From: an uncultured Planctomycetia bacterium
GTDB taxonomy: Bacteria > Planctomycetota > Planctomycetia > Pirellulales > PALSA-1355
Direction: 5' to 3'
Assembly: GCA_963807715.1 (NCBI GenBank)
Contig: CAWECK010000001.1
Span: 672,638 to 736,637, forward strand
DNA length: 64,000 nucleotides
The notes under the pieces were generated by a model, which ran no database searches, was not told where the DNA came from, and was given only the letters and a program-made list of their open reading frames with translations. Every line of letters starts with the position of its first letter. Within the stretch, counting starts at the first letter, position 1. The translations under genes were made by a program, and so were the position numbers. This document shows, piece after piece, positions 40,764 to 51,205 of the stretch.

Positions 40764-42240
40764 ATGCTTAGGATTCCCGGTCAATTGGCCAAGGACGTGT
40801 GCGACAGCCACGTGCAGCCCACGCGTCGTGATATCTTACGGGTCGGCGGTTCGGCCCTGCTCGGGCTGACCCTGGGCGACATCTTCCAAGCCCAACATGC
40901 CACGGCGGCAGAGGGCAAAGCCGGCGGCGGTGGCCCAGGCTGGAACAAGGCCAAGAGCGTGATTTTGGTCTACCTGCAAGGTGGACCGAGCCATCTCGAC
41001 TTGTGGGACCCCAAGGAAAACGTGCCCGACAACGTCCGTAGTGTATTCAAGCCCATTTCCACCAAAACGCCCGGCGTGCAGTTCACGGAACTGATGCCTA
41101 AGCTGGCTTCGGTGACCGACAAGCTCACGGTACTCCGCACGATGAGCTATACGCCGGTGGGACTGTTCAACCACACGGCCGCCATCTACCAGATGCACAC
41201 GGGCTACACGACCGACAAAGTCAGCCCCTCGGGACAGCTCGAACCTCCCACGCCCAAGGATTTTCCGACGTTCGGCTCGAACATCGTGCGGATCAAGCCT
41301 CCCACGGTCCCGATGCTGCCGTTCGTCATGCTGCCGCGCCCGCTTGCAAGAGAGCAACGTGGTGGGCAAAGGTGGCACCGCCGGCTTCCTGGGCCGCGCC
41401 TTCGACCCCTACATTCTGTATCCGCCCGGCGCCGACACCGACAACAGCTCGCTCGACAAAATCAAGCTCGACGATTTGAATCTGCGGCCCGAGGTTTCCA
41501 CGGCCCGGCTGGAACGGCGAGCCCGCCTGCGGGAGCTGATCAACGACGGCATGCCGGAACTAGACAAAGCGGTCGCCAAGTACGACCTCAACGAATATTA
41601 CGAAAAGGCCCTGTCGCTGATCATCTCGGGCCGCGCCCGCGACGCTTTTGACCTGCGATTAGAACCCGATTCGGTGCGCGACCGCTACGGCCGCACAACT
41701 TTCGGGCAAAGCTGCTTGATGGCCCGGCGGCTCGTCGAGGCAGGCACCCGGGTCGTCGAAGTCATCTGGCCCAAGGTGGCCAATTCGGACAACCATTCAT
41801 TCGATGTCCATGCCGGACTGTCGAAGCGGATGAAAGACATGAGTGCCCCGATGCTCGACCCCGGCCTGTCGACGTTGATCGCCGACCTGGACGAACGGGG
41901 TCTGTTGGACGAGACGCTGGTCGTGGCCGTGGGCGAATTCGGACGCAGCCCGCAGCGCGGCGTGAGCACCTCCGGCAACAGCAACCAGGACGATGGCCGC
42001 GATCACTGGCCCTATTGCTACACGGGCATACTGGCTGGCGGCGGCATCAAGCGCGGCTTCGTCTATGGCAAATCGGATGCGACCGGCTCAGCGCCGCTGG
42101 AAACACCCGTCCATCCGACGGAACTGCTAGCCACGATTTATCACGCGTTGGGAATCAACCCATCGACGATTGTTTTCAACCACTTGAACCAACCGCGCGA
42201 GCTGGTAAAAGGCGAGGCTGTCACAACCTTGTTCGCCTAA
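40764..42240 (+). CDS. DUF1501-domain protein, one frame change near 41345 as assembled
   Basis: ATG 40764 lies 8 nt after GGAGG. '[22 protein letters not shown]...[21 protein letters not shown]' (ORF 40629..41651) continues in ORF 41344..42240 ('[13 protein letters not shown]...[28 protein letters not shown]'). Confidence 0.8.
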
Positions 42241-42284
42241 AGCCAGCCCGAGCACCCCTGTCCCACCATTCCTCCTGTCATCAA

Positions 42285-42323
42285 GCACAAGCCCCGTTCC
42301 CCACGGGGTTTGTGCTGTTTTTT
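42285..42323 (+). terminator. Rho-independent terminator after the DUF1501 gene
   Basis: 12-bp stem 'GCACAAGCCCCG'/'CGGGGTTTGTGC' (one G-U pair), 7-nt loop 'TTCCCCA', followed by 'TGTTTTTT'. It starts 45 nt after the stop at 42240. Confidence 0.75.
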
Positions 42324-42608
42324 AAGCCCTCCCAACCCCAACGGGGTCGCGCCATGACAGCGCAGAACGCCCCCTGGGGCATGCTGCAAAAGTAGCTTTT
42401 GCCGCGAAAAACCGCTGTCTTAGCTGTCGCTCCTCGTGACAGCTATGGCGAATTGCGAATTTAAGGACAGTCTCGAAGCGAGGTAACCGATTTGAGGGGA
42501 TATCTGCCGCGCCAACGGTCATGGAATCCGGGCTTTGCCAAAAGCGTGCTCGGCGCTTGAGCCTTACTCGTGAAAAACCAAAGTCTCGCTGGGTTCTAGA
42601 GGTCCTTA

Positions 42609-44922
42609 ATGCCAAAAGAACTCCTGCTCAAGCATCGCAATGCTCTCGTCGGCGGCTTGCTTAGCGCAGGCTGCCTGGGCTGGTGTTTTTTCGTCGATCT
42701 CGAAATGGGGCCCGCCCAATTCTGCCGAGTGCTAACCGGACTCGTGGCTCTTTGGCTGCCGATCGGCAGCCTGGTCTATTTGCTGTTGCGCGACCGCTGC
42801 TCAGATACCTTGACGCGTTGCACGTTGAGCGCCTCGGCCTCCTACTCGCTAACTGCCCCGGTGTACACCTTCTTCGGCGTGTGTGACCTGAAAGTGCCCG
42901 GGTTCCAGTCGGTCTTTTATGTCGCCCAGGCGCTAATGCTGGCCGGCGTTTTTGCTTATGGGGTGTGGCACAAGCAGCCGTGGCGGACCACCGAGCTCGT
43001 GCATGCCTGGCGGAAGCCGGACTGGGTGCTGATCGTGTTGATCTCGCTCAGCCTCCTGGTGACCGCTCGCTATAAGACCATCTACGAGCACCTGGAGAAC
43101 CAAACCGTTCGGGTGATCGGTTCGGGCGACTGCACTTATATGACCTCGTGCGCTTACGAACTCGGCCGGCGAACACCCGCCGCACAGCAGTCGGTCCGGG
43201 CCGGAATCAGGAGCGCGCCTACCACATGTATCCGCATCTCACGGCCATGCTGGTTGCCCGTTACTCGGGCGAGCCGGACATTTACCTGGCCATGACGCAT
43301 TACAACTTTACCGTCGTCGAGATCCTGCTCTGTCTGACGTTCTTCTGCCTGGTGCGCCGCGTAACGGCTAGCCGGGCGGCGGGCTATTCGGCGGTCGCGG
43401 TGCTCTACATTCTTGCGATTCCCCTGCCGCCGGTCGGCCCGCATTTCTTGAATTACTTTTATTTCAACTTCTACCCGCATGCCACCAGCAATATTGAACC
43501 GTCCATCTACTGCACTCCGCAGACGTATGTGGCACTGCCGGTGATCTTTGGCGTCTGTTGTGCGTGTTGCAGTTTTCCGTGCAACTTTCTCATCGGCGAA
43601 AAGTCGGAGCGGTGGCGGTGCTGGCCGGGCTGATGGCCGCCGTGCTGATCCGGTTCCGGGTCCAGGCGTTCGTGATCTTTTTTCCGGGCGTGCTGCTGCT
43701 GCTGGGCATCGCGCTGGTGGTTACGCGCAAATGGGTATTCGCGGCGGCCGGCGCATTGGCGACTTTGGTGGTGGCGGCGCAAGTGTTGGAGATGAGGCTG
43801 CCGCTGTATTATCCGGAGTCGGCCAGCCTCCTCATCCAGAACAATTTCCTGGCCCGCGAGTGTCCTTTCATGAACGAGTGGCCGGGAGCCGCCCTGCTCC
43901 GCCCGATGTTCGCTTACTGCCTGTCTCCCGAAGTCTTCGATTGGACGTGGCAAATCGTCTGCCTCGGGCTGTTTGCGCTGCTCAATATGGCCGGCATCCC
44001 CCTGGTGATCGTCAGCCTGTTTCATTTTTTCCGCCGACGCACCTGGCAAGCGGATACCTGGGCATACTCTGCCATGATCGCCTGGCTGGTGATCGGCACC
44101 GTCATCGGCGCCACGTGCCTCTGCACTCCTTACGACACTTATTCGATTGGCGGACAGAGTCTGTTCCTCATCGGCTGGTACCTGTTGCCGCTGCTGGCAA
44201 TTGGCGTCTGCCAGGCCGAGTCGTTACTGCCGCGCCGCCTTTCGCCCTTAAGCGGATACGCGGCGGTTGCGGCCGTGCTGCTGATTCTCGTGGCCAGCTC
44301 GTGGCAGCGTGTGCGTCCCAACTCCAGCTTGCAATCCACGAGCAGCAGCGGACCGATCCTGAAAAGCGAGGAGTGGTTGGGCATGGCTTACATGCGCAGC
44401 CACTTGCCGGCCGACGCCGTTCTGTTGACTCGCACCTCTCACCACCCGACCTGCACTGCTCTGATCAGTGGCATCGCCGGGCGCGCCAGCTTTCTGGAAT
44501 ACGCTCCCATATGCGGCCCTCTTGCCGGCGGCCTTCAGGACCAATGGGACGGCCGCATCGAGCGCATCGACCGGGTCTGGGACGCCGATGACGCCGACGA
44601 CTTTGCGACGGCCGTGCTCGATACGGGCGCCACGCACCTGATCGAATACGCGGATCATCCCCTGGAGTTGCATCCCGGCGATTGTCTCGAACCATTCTGG
44701 ACGAGTCCGACGGGCGCAGTACGGGTGTGGACTTTCCATGCATCGCCGTCGGCAAGGCTGGCTGCCCGTCTTACTCGCCAAAGATCCGATCCGTCGGGCG
44801 AACCCTATCGAACGGTTGGAGTTCTCTCGCAAAATCCAATCGCGGCTCCATCGACCACAAGCCGCCTTGGCGATACCGCCCGTGCCCCGGCCATTCCAGC
44901 CGCCGGCCAATCCGCGCATTGA
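42609..44922 (+). pseudogene. Large polytopic membrane protein (GT-C glycosyltransferase / polymerase-like?), two frame changes
   Basis: Hydrophobic segments run throughout ORFs 42609..43295, 43148..43633 and 43558..44922, for example 'LVALWLPIGSLVYLLL', 'AVAVLAGLMAAVLIRF' and 'FVIFFPGVLLLLGIALVV'. A soluble C-terminal ~200 aa follows. The function assignment is a guess from topology only. Confidence 0.4.
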
Positions 44923-44935
44923 GCCAAGCCATGCG

Positions 44936-45844
44936 CTAGTTCGAGTCGGAATCATCAGGCTGAGGCGCCTTCGCCTTGGCTGGATCGTCCCAGGAGATCT
45001 TGCAGTTCGGCAGGGCACTTTTCAGGGCGGCGACACCGGCAGCGGTGACTGGGGTACTTTTGACGCTCAGGCTTTTCAGGCTCTTGCAATCTTCCAGCGG
45101 CGACAGGTCGGAAACTTGCGTACCGTAGCAAGCCAGGAATGTCAGCGGCATCCCCTTGAGCGGTGATAGGTCCGACAACGCCTTCGTGTAGCCGCACCGC
45201 AACTCCGTCAGAGGCATCCCTTGGAGCGGTGAAAGGTCGGACACCTGTGCGTTGCCGCAATTCAGGGATTTCAGCGTCATCCCTTGCAGCGGTGACAAGT
45301 CGGATAACTTACTGTTGGTTGAATAGGGCTTGCCGCTGCACCGCAGAACGGTCAAGCCCACCAACGCTCGCACCGGCGAAATGTCGGTCACGCCGGTGTT
45401 GACAAACCCGAACTCCGTCACCACGCCGTTTTCGATCTTGGGCGTCCCGATTCCATTGCCTTTCGCATCGACACCCGTCACCTTCCCATCAAAGCCCGGG
45501 TTTAATTCCACCAACTTCGTGGCGACGGCTTCCACCTGCTTCTCGGCCGGCAGCTTTTGCGTCTCGGCAACCCACGCTTGAAACTCCGGCGTGTTCCAGG
45601 CCTTGGCCACCTCTCCCTTTGCGAGAGGGCCGGGGTGAGGGTCTTGGGGCGGCGTTGGCGTCACCCCATCGGCAAATTTGCCCCGGCCGGTGACCTCATG
45701 CACGGTAACCGTGTGGAATGTCACGTTGTGAGCGTAGACGCGCAGGCCCAATCGCCGCGGGTCGGGTAGCTCGTCGCGTTGAAACTTGCTCCGGCTCAAG
45801 CAGCTGCATGTCCCCTTTCCAGCGCTGCAATTCTTGCCCATCAA
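44936..45844 (-). CDS. C-terminal fragment of the giant kinase locus: 'NTPEFQAW' linker plus leucine-rich repeats
   Basis: 'WNTPEFQAWVAETQKLPAEKQVEAVATKLVELNPGFDGKV' followed by repeated 'LSDLSPLQGM.LT.L.C' LRR units. It ends 'ALPNCKISWDDPAKAKAPQPDDSDSN*'. The first ~25 aa of the ORF are out of frame relative to ORF 45696..46628. Confidence 0.65.
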   Translation of the reverse strand: MMGKNCSAGKGTCSCLSRSKFQRDELPDPRRLGLRVYAHNVTFHTVTVHEVTGRGKFADGVTPTPPQDPHPGPLAKGEVAKAWNTPEFQAWVAETQKLPAEKQVEAVATKLVELNPGFDGKVTGVDAKGNGIGTPKIENGVVTEFGFVNTGVTDISPVRALVGLTVLRCSGKPYSTNSKLSDLSPLQGMTLKSLNCGNAQVSDLSPLQGMPLTELRCGYTKALSDLSPLKGMPLTFLACYGTQVSDLSPLEDCKSLKSLSVKSTPVTAAGVAALKSALPNCKISWDDPAKAKAPQPDDSDSN

Positions 45845-46979
45845 GCAGGGCGGCCAATGAGTCGCGGCGCACTTCCAGTTGCAAGCGGTGGCGTTGCCCG
45901 TTCTTCAAAAACGACGTCTCCTGCCGCAAGCTTTCGGGCGACTCGGCGAGCCCCTTATTGTCGATGCGGCCGAAGCCGCACCACACCTCTTTTCCTGCTT
46001 CCTTTTCATCGATGACCCACTCGATGGCGTGCCCGCCTGCGACGAGGAGCGCATCGACGTGGTTTAAATCTCCGTCGGTGGGCGTGAATTCGACGGCCAG
46101 GTCGTATTCCTCAGGGGGAGCGTAGGGCAATTGCAGCCTGGGGACGCCGTTCTTGGTATCCTGGACCAGGCCCTTCTGGACCGCGAGTCCGCCGGCGGTC
46201 ATGGCCCACTCACCGGCAACCGCGTCGCGCTTCACGTCGACCAGCGGCAGCAGATCGACGACGCGGGCACCCTCATCCGGCCTGCGGCCACCTTCTCCCG
46301 GAGGAAGAAGGGTTGCGGCGGCCGAGTCGGCCAGGGGCGTGTAGGTCAGCTTGCTGATGTGGAACACGCTCGACGTAGTCAGCATCAATCGCCCGGGCAA
46401 ATGTTTGCTGGGAACTGCTTCAGCGGGATGAAGCGACTGCGCATTGCCGCGCCAATCGACCACGGTTAGGTCGTCACATACCGCGCGGACGCTTTCCGGG
46501 GTCACCTCGACGACGATCTTCGCGGGCTTGCCGGGCTGAAAGATTGCGGCTTTATAGGGCTGATCCCCAGGTCGGTTCCCGTCAACCTTGTCGAGCTTCG
46601 AAACGCGTGGATTATAGCCCTCCAGCACAGCCGCACATCGTGTCCACCAACGGGGAGGTAAAAACCAAGCATATCGGTTCCTCCCGTGCGCTCGGCCAGC
46701 AGTTCGAGACGATACGCCGCTGCCGGGTCGACGGCCAATTCAAGCGAATTGTGCCGCACCTTTTGGGCTTATCAGCACGCCGTTTTCCTTCTTCCACTCC
46801 CCCTTGCTCGCGTGTTTGGCCGGATCGATCAGAGCCAGCGCGTCGAGCGTGGCACCGGCACCGCTGGGCAAGCCAGCAGTGGCACCGGGCTTCGCATCCA
46901 GCGGCGTGTAGGTCAGTTTGCTGACTCGCACTAGGTTGTTGTTCCCCCGATCCACAGGACGCCGGCCGGCACGCCCCAA
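45696..46979 (-). pseudogene. Middle fragment of the giant kinase locus: two concanavalin-like (DUF1080/LamG-like) modules, frameshifted
   Basis: Readable across ORFs 46740..46979, 46502..46759 and 45696..46628. Each module ends with '(V/I)SKLTYTPL'. 'KGEWKKENGVLIS' and 'AGEWAMTAGGLAV' resemble the 'W..edG.l' start of DUF1080-type domains. It is continuous with the upstream ORF if one base is added or removed near 46945. Confidence 0.5.
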
Positions 46980-49135
46980 CTATCGTTATCGCCGCTGAGC
47001 GAGGCCGCGTCCCCGTGCCAATCGATGATCCCCTTGCCATCGCACTCGACCCGCACGCTGCCGGGCGTAACGAGAATCGCCACGGCGACCGGCTTGCCCG
47101 TCTCGAACACGCGTCCGTTGTATCGCGACGCGTTGCCGCCGCTCCCTTTGCCATCAATGAGACTCAGCCCGGAGAAAGCGTTGCCCGTTGCGTCGAAGCT
47201 CAGGGTGACCTCGCGGTCGCGAACCGGCAGACCGACGACCCAGCCGTAACTGCCGTCGAGCTTCTCGACGGTCGCTTCCAGGCGATAGGAAGCGGCCGGT
47301 TTGATCGGCAGTTCCAGGCTCGACTTGCCGCTCTTGGAATTGACCAGCCCCCCGTCTTCCTTTTTCCACTTGCCTTTGCGGGCGTCCCTCACCGGACCGA
47401 TCAGGGCCAGCAGGTCGATTGGTCCAGTGGCCGGCGCGGCGAGTTGCGTCTTGCCGGCCAGCACGGCGATTTCCCCTTCGGTCGGCGTGCTCGACGGCTG
47501 GTTCGGCTGACCGGCAATTGCTTTGGCCGGATCGTCCCAGTCGATTTTGCAATTGGGCAAAGCTTTTTGCAGGGCGGCGACTTGGGCGGGGGTGACTTTC
47601 CAGGATTTTACATTCAGCGAGGTGAGCGTCTTGCTATCTTCAAGCGGAGAGAGGTCGGATACCTTGGTTCCTTGAAAGTTGAGCGCCGTGAGCGGCATTC
47701 CCTTGAGCGGCGAAAGGTCGGATAATTTGCTACAGCCCTTGCAAGTCAGACTCGTTAATTGCATCCCCTGGAGTGGCGACACGTCGACGACGGGATTGGA
47801 TGTGATATCGAGAACCGTCAGCGGCAATCCCTTGAGAGGCGAAAGGTCGGAAACCTTGTTGCTGCGGAATTGCAGAAACGTGAGCTTCATATCCCGCAAT
47901 GGCGTCAGGTCGGCGAGTTGCCCGCCGTTAAGACCATCCATGCGAACGACTTGCAACCCGGCCAATGCCCACAGGGGTGAAATATCCGTCACCAAGTCGG
48001 TGGTAATCCTGATCCCGGTCACCACACCCTTTTCGATCTTCTTTTCGTCGATCTTCCCATCAAACCCTGGGTTCAGCTCCATCAGCTTCTTCGACACCGC
48101 CTTCACCTGCTCCTCGGCAGGCATCGCATGGACTTCCTTCACCCACGCTTGGAACGCTGGTGTGTTCCAGGGCTGGTTGGGCTGGGTGGAGGCTGTCCCC
48201 GTGGCGAGTCGTGAGTCGGCTGTGGAGTCGGCGGCACGTACGGGTCGAAAGCCGTAGGTGCTGCTACGGTGCGACGGCGTGTAGTTGTTGCGATACGCGC
48301 TGCGACAGTGGGACGCGTCGTTGTTCCAGTTGCCGCCACGGATCACGCGATAGGAGCCGGAATCTGGGCCGTTTGGGTCGTTTGGCAATGTCCTTTCGTA
48401 CCATTTTTCGTCGTAGAAATCTTGGCACCACTCAAACATATTGCCGTGCATATCGTGCAGCCCGAAAGCGTTCGCGGGTTTCAAACCGACAGGCCTGGCA
48501 CGGCCGTTGCTGTTCTTTTTGTACCAGCCGTACTCGGCCAGTTCTTGATAGTCGTCGCCAAACGAATACTGCGTCGTCGTGCCGGCACGGCAGGCGTACT
48601 CCCACTCGGCCTCGGTTGGGAGCCGATAGCCATTGCTCTTGGCCACCGCGAACCAACTTCCCGAGCCGTCCGAGCGGTAGCAAGGCGTGCGCTGGTCCTG
48701 CTGGCTCAGCCAGTTGCAGAAGGCGCAGGCGTCGTTCCAGGTGACTTGCGACACGGGCGATTCGTCAGTCACGGCATAGCCGGGCGACTTCCAACTTAAC
48801 CCTCGATCTTTCTCACCGATCTTATCACTGAGCACTTTCTCGCTGGAGTTACCGAATCCATATTGCTCGGCCTCGGTGACGTACTTGCTCGCATCGGCGA
48901 ACTTATTGAACTCACCCACGCTGACTTCGGTGGCGCTCATCAGAAAAAGCTTGGTGATGACGACCCGATGCTGCGGTCGTTCGGCCTTTTCGATGCGGTC
49001 CTTCGTGCCCTGATAGGCTTTGATTTCCTCGGCCGCTTTCAGCGCCGCTTCGACCTGCTCGTCGGTGCTGCCCATCAGGAACTCGCCGGGCGGGATCAGG
49101 ACCATCTTCATGCCGACGCGGATTGACTGTTTCAA
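46931..49135 (-). CDS. Extracellular fragment of the giant kinase locus: FGE-sulfatase (SUMF1-like) domain, LRRs, concanavalin-like module
   Basis: Intact 734-aa ORF. 'MKMVLIPPGEFLMGS...HRVVITKLFLMSATEVSVGEFNKF...GYRLPTEAEWEYACRAG...GLHDMHGNMFEWCQD...RVIRGGNWNNDASHCRSAYR' is the FGE-sulfatase fold. Then 'WNTPAFQAWVKEVHAMPAEEQVKAVSKKLMELNPGFDGKI' and LRR units 'VSDLSPLKG.PLT.L'. Confidence 0.8.
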   Translation of the reverse strand: MKQSIRVGMKMVLIPPGEFLMGSTDEQVEAALKAAEEIKAYQGTKDRIEKAERPQHRVVITKLFLMSATEVSVGEFNKFADASKYVTEAEQYGFGNSSEKVLSDKIGEKDRGLSWKSPGYAVTDESPVSQVTWNDACAFCNWLSQQDQRTPCYRSDGSGSWFAVAKSNGYRLPTEAEWEYACRAGTTTQYSFGDDYQELAEYGWYKKNSNGRARPVGLKPANAFGLHDMHGNMFEWCQDFYDEKWYERTLPNDPNGPDSGSYRVIRGGNWNNDASHCRSAYRNNYTPSHRSSTYGFRPVRAADSTADSRLATGTASTQPNQPWNTPAFQAWVKEVHAMPAEEQVKAVSKKLMELNPGFDGKIDEKKIEKGVVTGIRITTDLVTDISPLWALAGLQVVRMDGLNGGQLADLTPLRDMKLTFLQFRSNKVSDLSPLKGLPLTVLDITSNPVVDVSPLQGMQLTSLTCKGCSKLSDLSPLKGMPLTALNFQGTKVSDLSPLEDSKTLTSLNVKSWKVTPAQVAALQKALPNCKIDWDDPAKAIAGQPNQPSSTPTEGEIAVLAGKTQLAAPATGPIDLLALIGPVRDARKGKWKKEDGGLVNSKSGKSSLELPIKPAASYRLEATVEKLDGSYGWVVGLPVRDREVTLSFDATGNAFSGLSLIDGKGSGGNASRYNGRVFETGKPVAVAILVTPGSVRVECDGKGIIDWHGDAASLSGDNDSWGVPAGVLWIGGTTT

Positions 49136-50812
49136 CTGTCGTGCCGAGATGCTTGGCCCAGGCGGCTTGATGGGCCTTGGCCTGGGCAGCGTCGAAGGGG
49201 GCTTTGGCGGGCATGGGCGCTCCTACCCCCTCTCCATCCGGGAGAGGGCCGGGGTGAGGCAGCTTCGAGGTTGCCAACGCACCCTCATCCGGCCGCGACC
49301 GACGCTTAGCCGCGTCGGTGCCCGCACCTTCTCCAGCAGGGAGAAGGGGTTTTGTCACGGCCGGCGGCGGATCGGTGGCCATCTCCACTTTGCTGCCTGG
49401 CGGAACCTCGACGCGGCCAGTCTCCTTGCCGTCCTTGTCGCGCACGATGATCCAAATGCCCAGCAGCAGCACGAGCAGCGCCCCGGCCCCGCTGGCCGCG
49501 ATCAGCTTCAGCGGCGGTTTCTTGCCGCCGCCTCCCTTGGCCTGCGCGCCGGCCGAGGTCGGCCTCCGTTTTGGGATCGGTCTCGGACTCGTGGCTGGCG
49601 TTCGTGATGGTTTGGCTCCGGGAAGCGGCGATCCCTTGCAGCAGCCGGTTCCCCATCATTTCGGTCAGATTGTCGTCGCCCATGGTGGCCGTCGCCGAGC
49701 CGGGGCCGGAAGCGGGCACCGCTGGCGCGGCCGGTCTGGCAGCCGGCCTGCGTCAAGCCGCTGTTCGAGAAGGAGGCCGTCGCGCCCGGATCGCGGCAGG
49801 CTTCGAGCGCGGCCACCAGTTCGGCCGCGTGCTGGTAACGGTCGGCCGGGTCCTTGGCCATCATCTTTTTGAACACGGCATCGACCGCCGGCGGCACATC
49901 CGGCGCAGCTTGCACAGGTCGGGGATCGGCTTTTCGCGATGGGCCAGCAACTTCTGCACGAGCGATTCTCCGCCATAGACGTTTTCGTCCAACAGCAACC
50001 GATACATCGAGCAGCCCAGGCTGTAGATGTCGCTGCGGGCGTCGGCATGACGCGTGTCGAAGGCTTGTTCCGGGGCCATGTAATCGACCGTGCCCATCAC
50101 CTGGCCGGACTGCGTCAGCCCTTCTTGAGCCGCGCCCGCGCCCGCTTCCAGGGCCTCGAAGCGGGCCAGGCCCATGTCCAGAATTTTGACGACCCCTTCC
50201 TTGTCGAGCAGCAAGTTGGCCGGCTTGATGTCGCGATGGATGACCCCTTTGCCATGGGCGTAGGCCAGTCCGCGGGCGGCTTGCAGGATGTAGTCGGTCA
50301 CCTGATTGACGGTCAGCTTGCCGGCCGCTTTGGCGACGTGGGCCAGATCTTGCCCGTCGACGTGTTCCATGACCAGGTAATGGATGCCCCGCGCCTCGCC
50401 GGCATCGTAGGCGGTGACGATGTTCGGATGGATGAGCCTGGCGGCGGCTTCCACCTCGCGCTCGAAGCGCTTGATCGAGTCTGCGTCTTTGGTCAATCGC
50501 GGCCGGCAACAGCTTGATGGCGACGATCCGCTTCATCCGCCGATGCTGGGCCTTGAACACCTGCCCCATGCCGCCGGCCCCGATCTTGCCCAGCAACACA
50601 TAGTCGCCCAGGACCAGCGGCGTGGTGCTGCCGCCGAGGATTTCCTTGGCATGAAACGGGGTGATCTTGCCCTGGTCGACCAGCAACTTGGCAAAATGCC
50701 TGGTCTGACTTGGGGCGCGCGTCGGCTGGCAAGGCTTCCAAAAGGCTTTCAAGTCGGCCTCGGACATAAGTCCCGAGGCGACGACCGCTTTGCCAAAATC
50801 ATCAGTCGTCAT
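49136..50812 (-). pseudogene. N-terminal fragment of the giant kinase locus: Hanks-type Ser/Thr protein kinase domain, linker and single TM helix, frameshifted
   Basis: ATG 50812. '[29 protein letters not shown]' carries the G-loop and VAIK (ORF 49508..50812). The catalytic core '[15 protein letters not shown]...KILDMGLAR...[10 protein letters not shown]' is in ORF 49861..50496. A TM-like 'LIAASGAGALLVLLLLGIWIIV' lies near 49440-49510. 'AQAKAHQAAWAKHLG' leads into the FGE domain. Confidence 0.75.
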
Positions 50813-51205
50813 GGCCGCCTGATCTCTTCGCTTTGGTGTGGCAAAACAAGTAACCGATGATACCGGCCCAGGGCGGCTGATAAAACTAGCCAGGGGGCGG
50901 AGTCAAAACATTTTTCGGATCTGCCGGGGCTCGGAGCGGCGGCATCGATCCTGAAGCGGGATTTTCAGCGCCTGGCGGCTCGGTTTCTACCGCCGCCGCT
51001 CGATCTCGGCCGCCTTCGCCGCCAAGTAGCCCAGGACCGGCAAATGGGCTAAACGCCCCCGGCTATTTACTCAAACCGTGACAAGCGTGATAAAGAACGT
51101 GCCGCCCGGCACGAAAAAGCGGCGATCTTCCGACCTGTTTGCCCGGCGAAGTCCACACGCGATTCTTCCAAGCACACTTTCCAGGCAGAATCGTCCTCGA
51201 CCACG

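Noticed and set aside
46931-49135. FGE-sulfatase (C-type-lectin-fold) domain considered as a diversity-generating-retroelement target
   Set aside because: No reverse transcriptase, no template-repeat copy of the domain's C-terminal segment and no adenine-specific variable region are visible in the window. Kinase-FGE fusions are common in this phylum without DGRs.
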